Shown here: piece after piece, positions 27,638 through 38,300 of the stretch
Position numbering within the stretch: the first letter of the stretch is position 1
How the letters are laid out: each line of letters starts with the position of its first letter
Origin: Pseudomonadota bacterium
GTDB lineage: Bacteria; Myxococcota_A; UBA9042; CAIXZC01
Assembly: GCA_043815665.1 (NCBI GenBank)
Contig: JBDRIT010000025.1
Location: 145,490 to 209,489 of the forward strand
Direction of reading: 5' to 3'
DNA: 64,000 nt
Position numbers and translations under genes: made by a program
The notes under the pieces: generated by a model
What the model was told of the DNA's origin: nothing
Database searches by the model: none
Seen by the model: the letters and a program-made list of their open reading frames with translations, nothing else

Positions 27638-28920
27638 AGATCGTGCACGTGGAGAACCACCGCCACGATCACCTGGTGGTCAAGCTGACCTTCCGACGCG
27701 GCGGGACCACGGACCCGCCGGCGCTCTCCGGTCGCGCCTGGGTCGCCGGGAAGATGCTCCTGCGAGGGACCCGACATCTCTCCGAGGAGTACTTCCAGGA
27801 GGAGCTGGACTTCCTCGGCAGCAACCTCGACGTCGGCATCGGTGCGGAGTCATTCCACCTGATCGGCGACTGCCGACGGGAGACATGGGGACCCTTCATG
27901 GACCTCATGTCGGAGGCCCTCCTGCACCCGTCTTTACTGAAACCTGAGCTTAAGAAATTCAAGCGCAACCACTTAGAATCTATCCGCAACAGTCGCGACT
28001 CTGACAGCAGTATCCTGATGCAGATGGTCCCACGCCTCCTCTTCGAGAGGCATCCCTACGGGCGGCCGGTCCGGGGCGAAGAGGCGGAGCTCCCGGCCCT
28101 CACCGTCGGGGACCTGAAGACGTTCCACCGGGGCCATCTCGCTCGTGACGTCCTCATCGTTGGGGTCGCCGGGGATGCCACCGCCGAGGAGGTCGAGGCC
28201 CGCTTTGCGCCCCTCGCCGCGCAGCTCCCCGCCGCCGCCCCACCCCACGCCCTCGCCCCGCCCGACGACCCTGGACATGGTCTGGAGGTCCTCCTCGTGG
28301 AGCGCCCCGGGCGCACCCAGGCGCAGGTCGGCATTGCGCGCCGGGCCGCACCCGGGAGCGCCGCGGACCTGGTCCCCCTCGTGGTCTTCAACACCGCGTT
28401 CGGCGACACCTTCACCGCACCCCTGGTCCGGGAGATTCGCGAGATCCGAGGATGGAGCTATGGCGTCGAGTCGAGCCTCCTTCCCGGTCGGCTCACCGGG
28501 GTTCACTTCATGCACTATGCTCCCTCCAACGAGTACGCGACCGACGCGATCGCCCTGGGCCTCCAGCTCCTCAGCCGCACCCTCGAGGACGGCCCGACCG
28601 CGGAGGACGTGGAGTTTGCGAAGAGCTGGCTGATCAACCACTTCCCGTTCAACTTCGACACGGCGTCGAAGCGCCTCGACCTGCAGATCCAGATGGCCCT
28701 CACGGGACGCGACTCCACCTACCTCGACCGCTTCGTGGAGCGGGTGCGGGCGGTGTGCCCCGAGGACGCCCGTCTCGCCGCGCAGCACCACCTGGAGAAC
28801 CGGCGGGTCGTGGTCGTGGTCGTCGGCGACCCCTCCCTGGCCGACTCCCTGTCCCGTCTCGACGGGCTCACGCGCATGCGCCGGGTACGATATGACCACT
28901 CGGGGCCTCTGCCTGATTGA
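27634..28920 (+). CDS. M16 family peptidase-like protein, non-catalytic partner (no HxxEH)
   Basis: ATGA overlap with the upstream M16 gene. M16 fold-like sequence lacking the zinc motif. Confidence 0.7.
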   Translation: MKIVHVENHRHDHLVVKLTFRRGGTTDPPALSGRAWVAGKMLLRGTRHLSEEYFQEELDFLGSNLDVGIGAESFHLIGDCRRETWGPFMDLMSEALLHPSLLKPELKKFKRNHLESIRNSRDSDSSILMQMVPRLLFERHPYGRPVRGEEAELPALTVGDLKTFHRGHLARDVLIVGVAGDATAEEVEARFAPLAAQLPAAAPPHALAPPDDPGHGLEVLLVERPGRTQAQVGIARRAAPGSAADLVPLVVFNTAFGDTFTAPLVREIREIRGWSYGVESSLLPGRLTGVHFMHYAPSNEYATDAIALGLQLLSRTLEDGPTAEDVEFAKSWLINHFPFNFDTASKRLDLQIQMALTGRDSTYLDRFVERVRAVCPEDARLAAQHHLENRRVVVVVVGDPSLADSLSRLDGLTRMRRVRYDHSGPLPD

Positions 28921-28979
28921 TCCCGCGCAGTCCGCGCGATACAATGCGGGTGCCTTGCACACCTTGGGGAGGTGTCTCC

Positions 28980-31900
28980 ATGAATCGCGCCCTCCAGAAC
29001 GCGTCGCTCAGTTGTATCATCTCGCTGCTCCTCATCGCAGGATGTGGGCCCAACGACGCCGGTTCCACCGTCGAGGTGGTGAACCCGGAGGACACCGGCG
29101 GAGGCGGACCCGACGGGACCGGCGGTGACAGCGTGGTGGATCCCGGTGACGGCGTCGAGCCCGGAGACGGGATCACGCCGCCCAAGGACGGGCTGGAGCC
29201 CGGTGACGGCGTCGAGCCTGGAGACGGCATCGGGCCCGGGGACGGCGTCGAGCCCGGGGACGGCGTCGAACCCGGAGACGGCGGCGACCCCCCCGAGGAC
29301 ACCGGAGACCCCACGGTCAAGGTCAGCACCTACGCGAACAGCGGCAGCACCCTCGCCGGCGGCTCCCTGGACTTCTTCTGCAAGATCGAGGGCCTGGGCG
29401 AGGGCGTCGCCCACGAGTTCTCCCTGGACCTGGACGGGCCGGCCAACGCGAACATCGACGCGCTGGGGATCACCTTCACCAAGGCGGGCGTCTACGCGGT
29501 CGCCTGCCGTGCGGACTGGGACGGCGGCTGGGCCAAGGATGTCACCCCCCTGTACATCGAGGTCTTCCCCGCCGAGGTCGCCTCAGCGGACACCTTCCTC
29601 TCCGCGAACACCGTCGAGGCCGGGACCACGGTCTGGGTCACCTGCACCTTCGCTGACTCCTGGGGCAATCCGATGGTGGCCAGCCCGAAGGTCATCGTGG
29701 ACCCGCAGATCGGGCTGCAGCTCACGGGGATGAAGATCCTGGCCAAGAAATCCGGCAACTACCAGGTGGCCTGTATGGAGCCGGTGAGCGGCACCGTGGA
29801 TCAGACCCCGGCCAGCCTCACGGTCACCGCGGGGCTGCCGAAGAAGATCATCACCACCCTGACCGAGAACACCATCCAGGCGGGGCAGTACACCACCGTG
29901 GCCTGCTCGGCCGAGGACGCCCTGGGCAACGCCATCCCCGCAGGCGAGTTCAAGATCGCAGTCTTCATCAGTCCGGGGCTGACAATCCAGGGCTTCAACA
30001 TCACCGGCCAGAAGGTCGGCATCTACCAGGTGATCTGTGTCCCCCAGGAGGAGTCCTGGGACTTCTTCGTCCTCACCCCCCAGCACCTCACGATCAACCA
30101 CGGCGCCGCCACGGGCGTTGATCTCGTGCCCATCCCGGACAAGCCTGTCTACAAGATGTTCGAGATGATCTCGTTCAACGTCACCGCGGTGGACGACTAC
30201 GGCAACCCCGTGGACGGGGTCCCCCTCACGGACATCGCCGTCGTTCCGTGGGATCCGGGCATCGAAGAGGTCGCGGACATGACCTGGATGCTCGGTATGG
30301 AGGGGATCTGGGAGTTCACGGTCTGTCTCCAGGACAACCAGATCGTCTGCGACACCGAGGCGATCCCCGTAGACGGCTACGGCCCGGTGATCAACATCAA
30401 GTACCCGGCGCGCGGCGCCACCCTCATGGGCAAACCTTCGGTGGTGGTGACGGGCTCGGTCCTCGATCCGGTGAGCGGCATCGAGGAGTTCCGGATCAAC
30501 GGGGACGTGGTCTACACCGACGAGCAGGGCAACTTCAGCTTCCCGATCCTCTCGAAGCAGGGGATGAACCTCATCGTCGCCGTCGCGGAGGACCCCAACG
30601 GCTTCAAGACCCTCCTGGTCCAGTCGTACTACTACTCGCCGATCTGGTACCCCATGGACATCAACAACCCGGACGCCTCCCGGGTCCAGGACTCGGTGAT
30701 GTTCTTCATCTGGGACCAGTTCTTCGAGGACTATGACCACAGCCCGCCCCCCAACGACCTCTCGAGCCTCATCGAGCTCACGGTGCAGGATCTCGACCTG
30801 GGCTCGTTCATCCCCAACCCCGTGGCCGAGAGCGGACCCTACAAGGTCTACCTGGGCAACGTCACGTACAACCAGCCCGAGGTCTCCGTGACCATCGGCG
30901 ACGACTCCGTGGCCGCGCAGGTCTACATCTGGGGAACCCACATCCCCATCGAGGCCGTCGGCTCGTGCAAGATCCTCTTCATCGACCTCTGCCCGGACAT
31001 CTCCGGCGAGGTCGAGATCGACACCCTCGGGTTCCTCTTCGGCATGAACCTGTCCATCGTGAACAACGAGATCGCCGCACAGGTCACCGAGAGCCAGGTG
31101 GTGATCCAGGGGATCAACGTCAACATCGACGGCATCATCGGATGGCTGGTGGGCTGGATCGTGGACTGGGCCGTGACCAAGTACTCGGACATGCTCGCCG
31201 ACACGGTGCAGGCGATGGTGGACGAGCAGATCCAGAGCCTGGTCCTCGGCTTCCTCGGTCAGCTCGACCTCTCTCAGCAGCTCGACATCCCGAACCCGCT
31301 GAACCCGACGGCGCCGCCCATCTCCATCTACCTGGACACGGTGATCCAGGACCTGACCCTCGCCATGACCGGGGTCTACGTCCAGCTCGCCGGCACGGTC
31401 CTCGCGGGCAAGAACATCAACAAGAACCCCCTGGGGTCCATCGGCCGCGCCTCCTGCCTCAACTGGGTGGCGGAGACCTTCCAGTGGGACACGGAGCAGT
31501 TCGCCCAGATCGGGATCCACGACGACCTGATCAACCAGATCCTGTTCTCCGTCTGGTGGGGGGGCCTCCTGGACATGGTGATCCCCCTGGAGAGCTTCAT
31601 GGACCCGGACACCCTCCAGCTGGAGGGCATCGGAACCCTCGAGGATCTGGGCATCACGAACATCGTGGCCACCACGGAGTTCTTCCTGCCGCCGATCATC
31701 ACGTCCTGCAACGACACCGAATCCCTCCGACTCGAGGTGGGTGATATCTACGTCGAGCTGAACATGAACATGCTCAACGAGCCGGTGACCATCGGCGTCT
31801 TCGCCAGCCTCTCCGCCGAGGCCGCGATCAACATCGCCCAGACCCCGGGCGGTGGCCAGGAGTTCAGCCTCGGCATCGGCGAGATCGATCCCCTGGTGGT

Positions 31901-32156
31901 GCAGGTCACGTACATCTCGGACAACCTCGCGGGGGCCGAGGGCTTCATGACGATGATCGTCCAGGGGATCCTGCTGCCCACGCTCCTCGACGGCCTCATG
32001 GCGGGCACCCTGGCCTCCTTCGAGCTCCCTCAGTTCGACATCTCAGGCATGTCCCCGCTCCTGCCGCCGGGCTGGGTGATGAAGTTCGTCATCGAGGAGT
32101 TCTACCGGGTCGACGGCTACACCACCATCGAAGCCAACATCACCCCTGCACAGTAA
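28980..32156 (+). CDS. Large surface lipoprotein (1059 aa) with (PGDGVE)n linker and Ig-like/beta-rich domains
   Basis: gggaggtgtctccATG. Lipobox LLLIAGCGP. Repeat GDGVEPGDGI.. x8. No catalytic motifs. Confidence 0.7.
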   Translation: MNRALQNASLSCIISLLLIAGCGPNDAGSTVEVVNPEDTGGGGPDGTGGDSVVDPGDGVEPGDGITPPKDGLEPGDGVEPGDGIGPGDGVEPGDGVEPGDGGDPPEDTGDPTVKVSTYANSGSTLAGGSLDFFCKIEGLGEGVAHEFSLDLDGPANANIDALGITFTKAGVYAVACRADWDGGWAKDVTPLYIEVFPAEVASADTFLSANTVEAGTTVWVTCTFADSWGNPMVASPKVIVDPQIGLQLTGMKILAKKSGNYQVACMEPVSGTVDQTPASLTVTAGLPKKIITTLTENTIQAGQYTTVACSAEDALGNAIPAGEFKIAVFISPGLTIQGFNITGQKVGIYQVICVPQEESWDFFVLTPQHLTINHGAATGVDLVPIPDKPVYKMFEMISFNVTAVDDYGNPVDGVPLTDIAVVPWDPGIEEVADMTWMLGMEGIWEFTVCLQDNQIVCDTEAIPVDGYGPVINIKYPARGATLMGKPSVVVTGSVLDPVSGIEEFRINGDVVYTDEQGNFSFPILSKQGMNLIVAVAEDPNGFKTLLVQSYYYSPIWYPMDINNPDASRVQDSVMFFIWDQFFEDYDHSPPPNDLSSLIELTVQDLDLGSFIPNPVAESGPYKVYLGNVTYNQPEVSVTIGDDSVAAQVYIWGTHIPIEAVGSCKILFIDLCPDISGEVEIDTLGFLFGMNLSIVNNEIAAQVTESQVVIQGINVNIDGIIGWLVGWIVDWAVTKYSDMLADTVQAMVDEQIQSLVLGFLGQLDLSQQLDIPNPLNPTAPPISIYLDTVIQDLTLAMTGVYVQLAGTVLAGKNINKNPLGSIGRASCLNWVAETFQWDTEQFAQIGIHDDLINQILFSVWWGGLLDMVIPLESFMDPDTLQLEGIGTLEDLGITNIVATTEFFLPPIITSCNDTESLRLEVGDIYVELNMNMLNEPVTIGVFASLSAEAAINIAQTPGGGQEFSLGIGEIDPLVVQVTYISDNLAGAEGFMTMIVQGILLPTLLDGLMAGTLASFELPQFDISGMSPLLPPGWVMKFVIEEFYRVDGYTTIEANITPAQ
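29141..29290 (+). repeat. Tandem 18-nt coding repeat (gagcccggNgacggcgtc)n encoding the (EPGDGV)n linker
   Basis: Eight near-identical DNA units read directly from the sequence. Confidence 0.6.
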
Positions 32157-32819
32157 TTGCCGAAGAAGCGCAAGGTCTCCGACGCCACCTTCTTCGTCAC
32201 CCGCCGGGTCGGCCGGGTCGTGGGGGATCACCGGGTCTTCCGCGGCGGCGGACGGGTCGGCGTCGGGGTCTCCGGCGGCGTCGTCTCATCGACCCTGTTG
32301 TACGTCCTCCATGCCCGTCAACGCTGGATCCCCGTACGGACGGAGCTGGTTCCGCTGTACGTCGGCGCGGGGCCCGTCCCTGACGCCCTGGCCGCGGTCT
32401 GCTCGAAGATCGGCCTGCCCTGCCAGGTGGTGTCCCCCGTGGAAGGGATGAATGTCCCGGATCGGCTGCTCCAGGCCGCCGGGGACCTGGGCCTCCAAGC
32501 GATCGCGCTGGGTGATGTCATCGAGGACCGGGCCGCCGCGGTCCTGGGGGGCCTGGTGTTCGACGGCGTGCTCGCGCCGCTGCCGACGGTGGACGAGACG
32601 CAAGGCCGCCTCCCCTTCATCCGTCCCTTCGCCATGATCGCCGAGGACGCGATCCTGAGGGCCGCCGCTGACAACGGGATCTCCGGACCTCCGCCCCCCC
32701 TGGGCGGTCGCCGGGAGTGGCTGGAGCGGCTCCTCGTCGCCACGGCCGGCGATCGCCACGACCTCCTCACCAACCTGGTGACCGCGCCGGACCGCATCCG
32801 AAAGGACTACCTCGTCTGA
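32157..32819 (+). CDS. PP-loop ATPase-like protein (TtcA/TilS-like N-terminus) with a degenerate SGGxDS motif (SGGVVS)
   Basis: KKRK...RRVGRVVGDHRVFRGGGRVGVGVSGGVVSSTLLYVL resembles a TtcA N-terminus. The putative TTG start lies directly after the upstream TAA. Confidence 0.45.
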   Translation: MPKKRKVSDATFFVTRRVGRVVGDHRVFRGGGRVGVGVSGGVVSSTLLYVLHARQRWIPVRTELVPLYVGAGPVPDALAAVCSKIGLPCQVVSPVEGMNVPDRLLQAAGDLGLQAIALGDVIEDRAAAVLGGLVFDGVLAPLPTVDETQGRLPFIRPFAMIAEDAILRAAADNGISGPPPPLGGRREWLERLLVATAGDRHDLLTNLVTAPDRIRKDYLV

Positions 32820-32892
32820 TCCACCTCTCCTGCGCCCCAGATGGGAACTGTTTGCCTATGTCAAGAGGCGGGGTCAGACCCCCAAATGTCCC

Positions 32893-34098
32893 CTACACGA
32901 ACAACCCGGCGCAGTACCCCGACGACCAGGCCCACTGCAGGTTGTAACCGCCCAACTGGCCGGTGACGTCGACGGCCTCGCCGATGGCGTAGAGGCCGGG
33001 GACGTCCCGGGCCTCCATGGTCCTGGAGGAGAGGCCCGCGGTGTCGATGCCCCCCAGGGTCACCTCAGCCTTGCGGTAGCCCTCCGTGCCCGACGGGATG
33101 AGCCGCCAGCGGATGAAGTGCCCGGCGATCTCCTCCAGGGCCGTGTTGCCGAAGCTCCCCATCCGGTCTTCGAATCCCCAGAGCTGACAGAGCGCGTGGG
33201 ACACCCGCTTCGTCAGTGAGGGTGCCAGCACCGTCGCGAGCGCGGCCTTCGGGCGGCGGTCACGTGCATCGGTCAACAGCGCCGGGAGATCGTGTTCCGG
33301 GAAGAGGTTGACGATGATCGGCTGGCCGGGTTTCCAGTAGCTGGAGGCCTGCAGAACCACGGGGCCGCTCAGCCCCCGGTGGGTGAAGAGCAGGTTCTCC
33401 CGAAAGGTGCGGCCCTGGGTGGTGACCTCGGCCCGGAGGGCGATACCGGAGAGCTGCTCCACGACGCGCAGGTCTTTGGGGTGGAGGGTGAGGGGCACGA
33501 GCCCCGGGCCGGGCTCGATGACGTCGAGGCCGAACTGCCGTGCCAGGTCATGGCCGAAGGCGGTAGAGCCCATGTCCGGCAGCGACAGCCCCCCGGTGGC
33601 GATGACCAGGGAATTCGCCTCCAACCTGCCGCCGCTGGTCCCGAGGAGGAAGCCGCCGTTGCCTCCCGTGCGTCGCCTGACCCCCTCGACCCGGGTGTTC
33701 AGTTTCATCGTCACCCCGGCCCACGTGCACTCGGCGAGGAGCATGTCCAGGATCTCGCGGCTGGAGCCGGCGCAGAAGAGCTGCCCCAGCTCCCGCTCCT
33801 CGGTCTCGATCCCGTGGCGCTCCACCATCTCGAGGAAGTGGCCCTGGTGAAAGCGCTTCAGCGCCGAGATGGTGAAGCTGGGGTTCTGCGAGAGGTAGTT
33901 CTCATGGGTGACGGTGCGGTTGGTGAAGTTGCAGCGTCCGCCGCCTGCGGCCAGGATCTTCCGGCCCGGCCTGGGGTCGTGGTCCACCACCACCACCCTG
34001 CGCCCACGGGACCCTGCGGTGGCAGCGCACATCAGCCCCGCCGCGCCCGCTCCGATGATGACGACTTCGATGACCAACTCAGCCCCTTGCAACGCCAC
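32893..34098 (-). CDS. BaiN/HI0933-family NAD(P)/FAD-dependent oxidoreductase
   Basis: VVIIGAGAAGLMCA dinucleotide-binding motif. Family-typical GGGRCNFTN and C-terminal GYNLQWAWSSGYCAG. Confidence 0.8.
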   Translation of the reverse strand: MALQGAELVIEVVIIGAGAAGLMCAATAGSRGRRVVVVDHDPRPGRKILAAGGGRCNFTNRTVTHENYLSQNPSFTISALKRFHQGHFLEMVERHGIETEERELGQLFCAGSSREILDMLLAECTWAGVTMKLNTRVEGVRRRTGGNGGFLLGTSGGRLEANSLVIATGGLSLPDMGSTAFGHDLARQFGLDVIEPGPGLVPLTLHPKDLRVVEQLSGIALRAEVTTQGRTFRENLLFTHRGLSGPVVLQASSYWKPGQPIIVNLFPEHDLPALLTDARDRRPKAALATVLAPSLTKRVSHALCQLWGFEDRMGSFGNTALEEIAGHFIRWRLIPSGTEGYRKAEVTLGGIDTAGLSSRTMEARDVPGLYAIGEAVDVTGQLGGYNLQWAWSSGYCAGLFV

Positions 34099-34251
34099 GC
34101 CGCCGGGCGCGCTCCATTATGTCGCAGGGCAGGAGTTGGTGAAACCCGAAAAGAGATGTCCCCGGCGACGTCGCAGACCTAGCCGCAATTTCTCGCCAGA
34201 CATCGTAGCGACGCAACCGAAAAACGCACTTGATACGCGGGCGAGACCCTG

Positions 34252-34279
34252 CTGTGTCGGACCGATCGGACCGACACAG
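34252..34279. promoter_or_regulatory. 28-nt near-perfect palindrome CTGTGTCGGaCCGATCGGaCCGACACAG in divergent intergenic region
   Basis: Read directly from the sequence. Lies between the flavoprotein gene start (34098, minus) and the lipoprotein gene start (34482, plus). Confidence 0.35.
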
Positions 34280-34481
34280 CCGGAGTCGATGCAGGAGTAT
34301 CGTCGAGGACTGTGACGGGAGAAACGGCCCGAGACAGCAGGAGGATCGGCGGATGCAGCAGATGGGTGGTGAGAAATTGTGGCTAGAATCCCCGGCCGGG
34401 AGGTTCGGTCCATGGGATTCCTGGTTCTCGTCGGCGCGGGAATGCAATACGGTCCTCGACAACCTATGACGAGGTGTCGAC

Positions 34482-34772
34482 ATGAAGTCCGTGGGTTCGT
34501 GCGTGGCGTTGGTGGTGCTGCTCGTCAGCGTTTCTGCGTGCGACCGCGGCGGGAGCGGGGGGGGACCCGGGAAGGACGTGGCGGGCGGTGACATCCCCGC
34601 GACGGACATCGTCCCGTCCGGGGACTGGACCCCTGCGGGGGATCCGGGGCACATGGTGTTTCGGTCCGGGGAGGACGGGCACCTGTACCGCATCGCGGCG
34701 GTCCCCGGTGCGGTCCCCGAGGACCTCTCCACACCGATCCAGTGGCATGCACTTCCAGTTTCCATTTCATGA
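34482..34772 (+). CDS. Small hypothetical lipoprotein (96 aa)
   Basis: MKSVGSCVALVVLLVSVSAC lipobox. Confidence 0.45.
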   Translation: MKSVGSCVALVVLLVSVSACDRGGSGGGPGKDVAGGDIPATDIVPSGDWTPAGDPGHMVFRSGEDGHLYRIAAVPGAVPEDLSTPIQWHALPVSIS

Positions 34773-35365
34773 GACATGACTTCCATCGTGTGAAGGTGAA
34801 GGTGCGAGAACGTACTACCGAATGGACTTGAACAGGATCAGAATGGGATTCGCCTCCGCCGTCCCTAAGGCGTTCGCTGTCCCCTTGGGATGCGACGCCG
34901 GATGACTTCCACCGTGTGCTGAATCTGCCTCCCGGCAAGCGCCCATGCGCCGAATCGAATCCTCCGTCCCCATGGCCGCGTCCCCATGGCCGCGTCACCG
35001 CTACGAGTGGCGCGACGCTGCCTGATCGACGGAACTCGAACTCCACGCCCGGTCCACTCGCTCCATTGAGCGCAGGGCGAGGTACGCGATATCCGGGCTT
35101 TGATTCCGAAAACAGCGTCTGTCCGCGCCCTTCGAATTCATCTCAAGTTGTCACAGAGCAGGTCGATCCGCCTCAATGGCCACCTCGTTCACCTCACCAG
35201 GAGGCTCGGATGGGGATAAAGAGTAGGGACACCCGGTTCTCTGTGCGATCCCGGTCGTTGAGGGGTTCTCCCAGGGAGAAGACTCCGCAGATGCCGCACA
35301 TGACGCTTCGCTCCTTCCTTAGCGCAGAGATCGCTGCACTCCGTCACTTGCATTGATGGGTTTGC

Positions 35366-38300
35366 TCAGAGCTGGAAACTGAAGAGGCTGAGTGTCCATG
35401 GCCACCCAAGGCCAGTGACAACGTAGACCGTGCCGTTGGTTTCTATCGCTAGCTGTGAGCCTCCCAGCCCGTCATCGACCAGGGGCACAGAGATCTCGTT
35501 CCAGGTCGTTCCATCGAAGGAGTGAAGGGTCAAGCCGGAATTGTTGAACATCGAGTGGAGCTTGGATTCGAAGGGCACCGTCGCTGTGCCGCTGTAGCTG
35601 CTGACAGTCGAGCAGATCTGCCACCCCGTCGCTGCGGTATGGCAGTAGGCGGGTGAGTGCTGTAAGGTCGCGACGATCGTCTCTCCTTGAATCGAAACGT
35701 GGTTGTTTGACGAGGTCTGAGCATTTGTAGGGAGGTCGCCGGGGTCTCCCACGACCGACCATGTGTCGTCGGAGAACCGCATAATGATGTTGTGTACCGA
35801 ATCGGCCCACTCAGGATCCGACGCGCCAATTCCAACCTCGCTCGGCTGCTGCGTGAAGAAGACATAGGGCGTCCCGCCGGTCACTGCGAGGTCAAAGAAG
35901 CCCTGCCCGCCATAGGACCACACACCGAGGCCCTCGGGGCCCGAGTAGCCGACCGGCTCCCAGGTGTTCGTGTCGGTGTCGAGCTTCTTGACGCTCAGCC
36001 GCCAGTTGTAACCCGAGCTTCCGTCCTCATTGTGTATGTAGGCGACGTAGAGGTCACCGTTGTCGTCGAAGTCGATCACGCTGCCGCCTGTCGTGCCGGG
36101 TGCGTGATTCGGTAACGCCTCCCAGGTGCTGTCTGAGTACACCCGGATAGCGCCAGAGAAACCGGAGACGTACAGCTTGTTGTCATTGACCTTGGCAGAG
36201 ATTACGTAGCTGAGCGGCATCTCCAAGCCGTCGCTGGCTGACACCCAGGCTTCCCCGTCCCAGCGGCGCACAGAGACCTCTCCCAAGGCTTCCTGTCCCG
36301 CCCACGCCGCCACGGTGACCAGGTACGGCTCGTCATCAAGGAGAGCCAGCTTGAATTTGTACGTGTTCGCCAGGAAATCTGTCGCCAGCTCCGTCCATTC
36401 GGGGATGATGACGTTGACGCAACCGCTCTCAGGATCGCAGGAGTCGGCGGTGCCTGGGTTGCCGTCGTCGCAGCCGCCCTCGGCGACAGGAACCGTTGCC
36501 GAGGGTGTGTGGTTACAGATGGCGCTTTCACCCGATGTGCAACTGTCCAGGGTGCAGGGGTCGTCGTCGTCACAACCGTCGGGCTCCAGGATCTCCACGG
36601 AAGGCGTGCCCGCGCAGGCGCCCTGGTCGTCGCAGACGTCGAGCAAGGTGCAGACATCCAGATCGTCACATGAGGTCTCCCCGGGCATGTCGCAGGCCTC
36701 GCTCTCCTCCAACATTGGGCATTCGACGCCACCGCAGGCAGGCTCCAGAGTGATCGCACGGCTATGAAGCCGGGTCCCCTGGCAGGTCCCGTCGTCGGTC
36801 TCGCATGACGCCCAGTCACCCCAGTCGGAGACCATGCAGTCGATGGGCACGTTGGTGTGGACGCAGCCGGTGGCTTCTTCGCAGGTGTCCGCGGAGCAAG
36901 GATCCTCATCCGTGCAGTCCACCGCGTCACCGGGCACGCACTGGCCCTCTGCGCAGATGTCGATGCCGGTGCAGGCGTTCTCATCGTCGCAGAGCTCTTG
37001 ATTGGGCGTAAAGACGCAGCCCTCCGCGGGGTCGCAGGAGTCATCGGTGCATGGGTTCTCGTCGTCGCAGACCTCGACGCCGGTGGTCATGCACTGCGAG
37101 TCTGCGCAGTGGTCACCGAGGGTGCAGGCGTCGTCGTCGGTGCACTCTGCCGCGTTCGCTGTGAAGACGCACTCGCCCTCCACGCAGACGTCGTCGGTGC
37201 AGACGTTCTCGTCATCGCAGACCTTGGCCATGCCCGACTGGCACGCACCCTCGACGCAGACGTCGCCCAGGGTGCAGGCGTCGGCGTCGGTGCACTCCAG
37301 GACGTTGTTGGCATTGACACACCCCGTCGCTGGATCGCAGGAGTCATCGGTGCAGACGTTCCCGTCGTCGCAGTCCGGGATCCCCGTGGTCACGCAGCTC
37401 CCCTCCTCGCAGTGGTCCCCCGTGGTGCAGGCGTCCGCGTCGGTGCAGGACTCCAGGTTGTTCGCGAAGACGCAGCCCGACGCGGGGTCGCAGGACTCGG
37501 TGGTGCAGACGTTGCCGTCGTCACAGTTCACGAGGGGCGCCAGCGTGAAGCAGCTCCCGCCGCTGCACATCTCGTCCACGGTGCACGCGTCCCCGTCGTC
37601 GCAGGGCAGGGTGTTGAAGTCGTGGACGCAGCCCACCGCGGGGGCGCAGGAGTCGTCGGTGCAGAGGTTCCCGTCGTCGCAGGGCAGCGCGCCCGTGGCC
37701 GCACAGACTTCGTCCTCGCAGTGATCCCCGACGGTGCAGAGGTTCACGTCGGTGCAAGGGTTGTCGTTGGGGGCGTAGACGCAGCCGGACATGGGATCGC
37801 AGGTGTCCGTGGTGCAGACGTTCTCGTCATGGCAGTTGGTCGGCAGGCCATCTTCGCACACCCCGGCGACGCAGATCGTGGCCATGGTGCAGAGATCCCC
37901 GTCATCACAGGCTGCCCCATCGTTGGCCGGCACGAAGGAGCACTCCCCCGTCCCTGGATCGCAGAAGCTCTCCAGGCACTCGGCCCCCAGCCCCTGGGGC
38001 TTCACGCACAGGGTCCAGGTGTAGGGGGTCACCGCGCACTTGGGCGGCAGGGCGATGAGGTCGCATTGGAGGGCTCCAGCGCAGAGGTCCAGGGCCGCGA
38101 TCTCGTCACAGTCCCCATCGACCGTGCAGCCGCACGGGACCTCGAAGCCGACGCAGACCCCGTCGGTGCAGTTGTCGCTGACCGTGCACGGGTCCATGTC
38201 GTTGCAGGGCACGTGGTTGTCCGGGTGGATGCAGCCGTCCACGGGATCGCAGACGTCGTCGGTGCAGAGGTCGCCGTCGTCGCAGTCGATCGCGTCCCCG

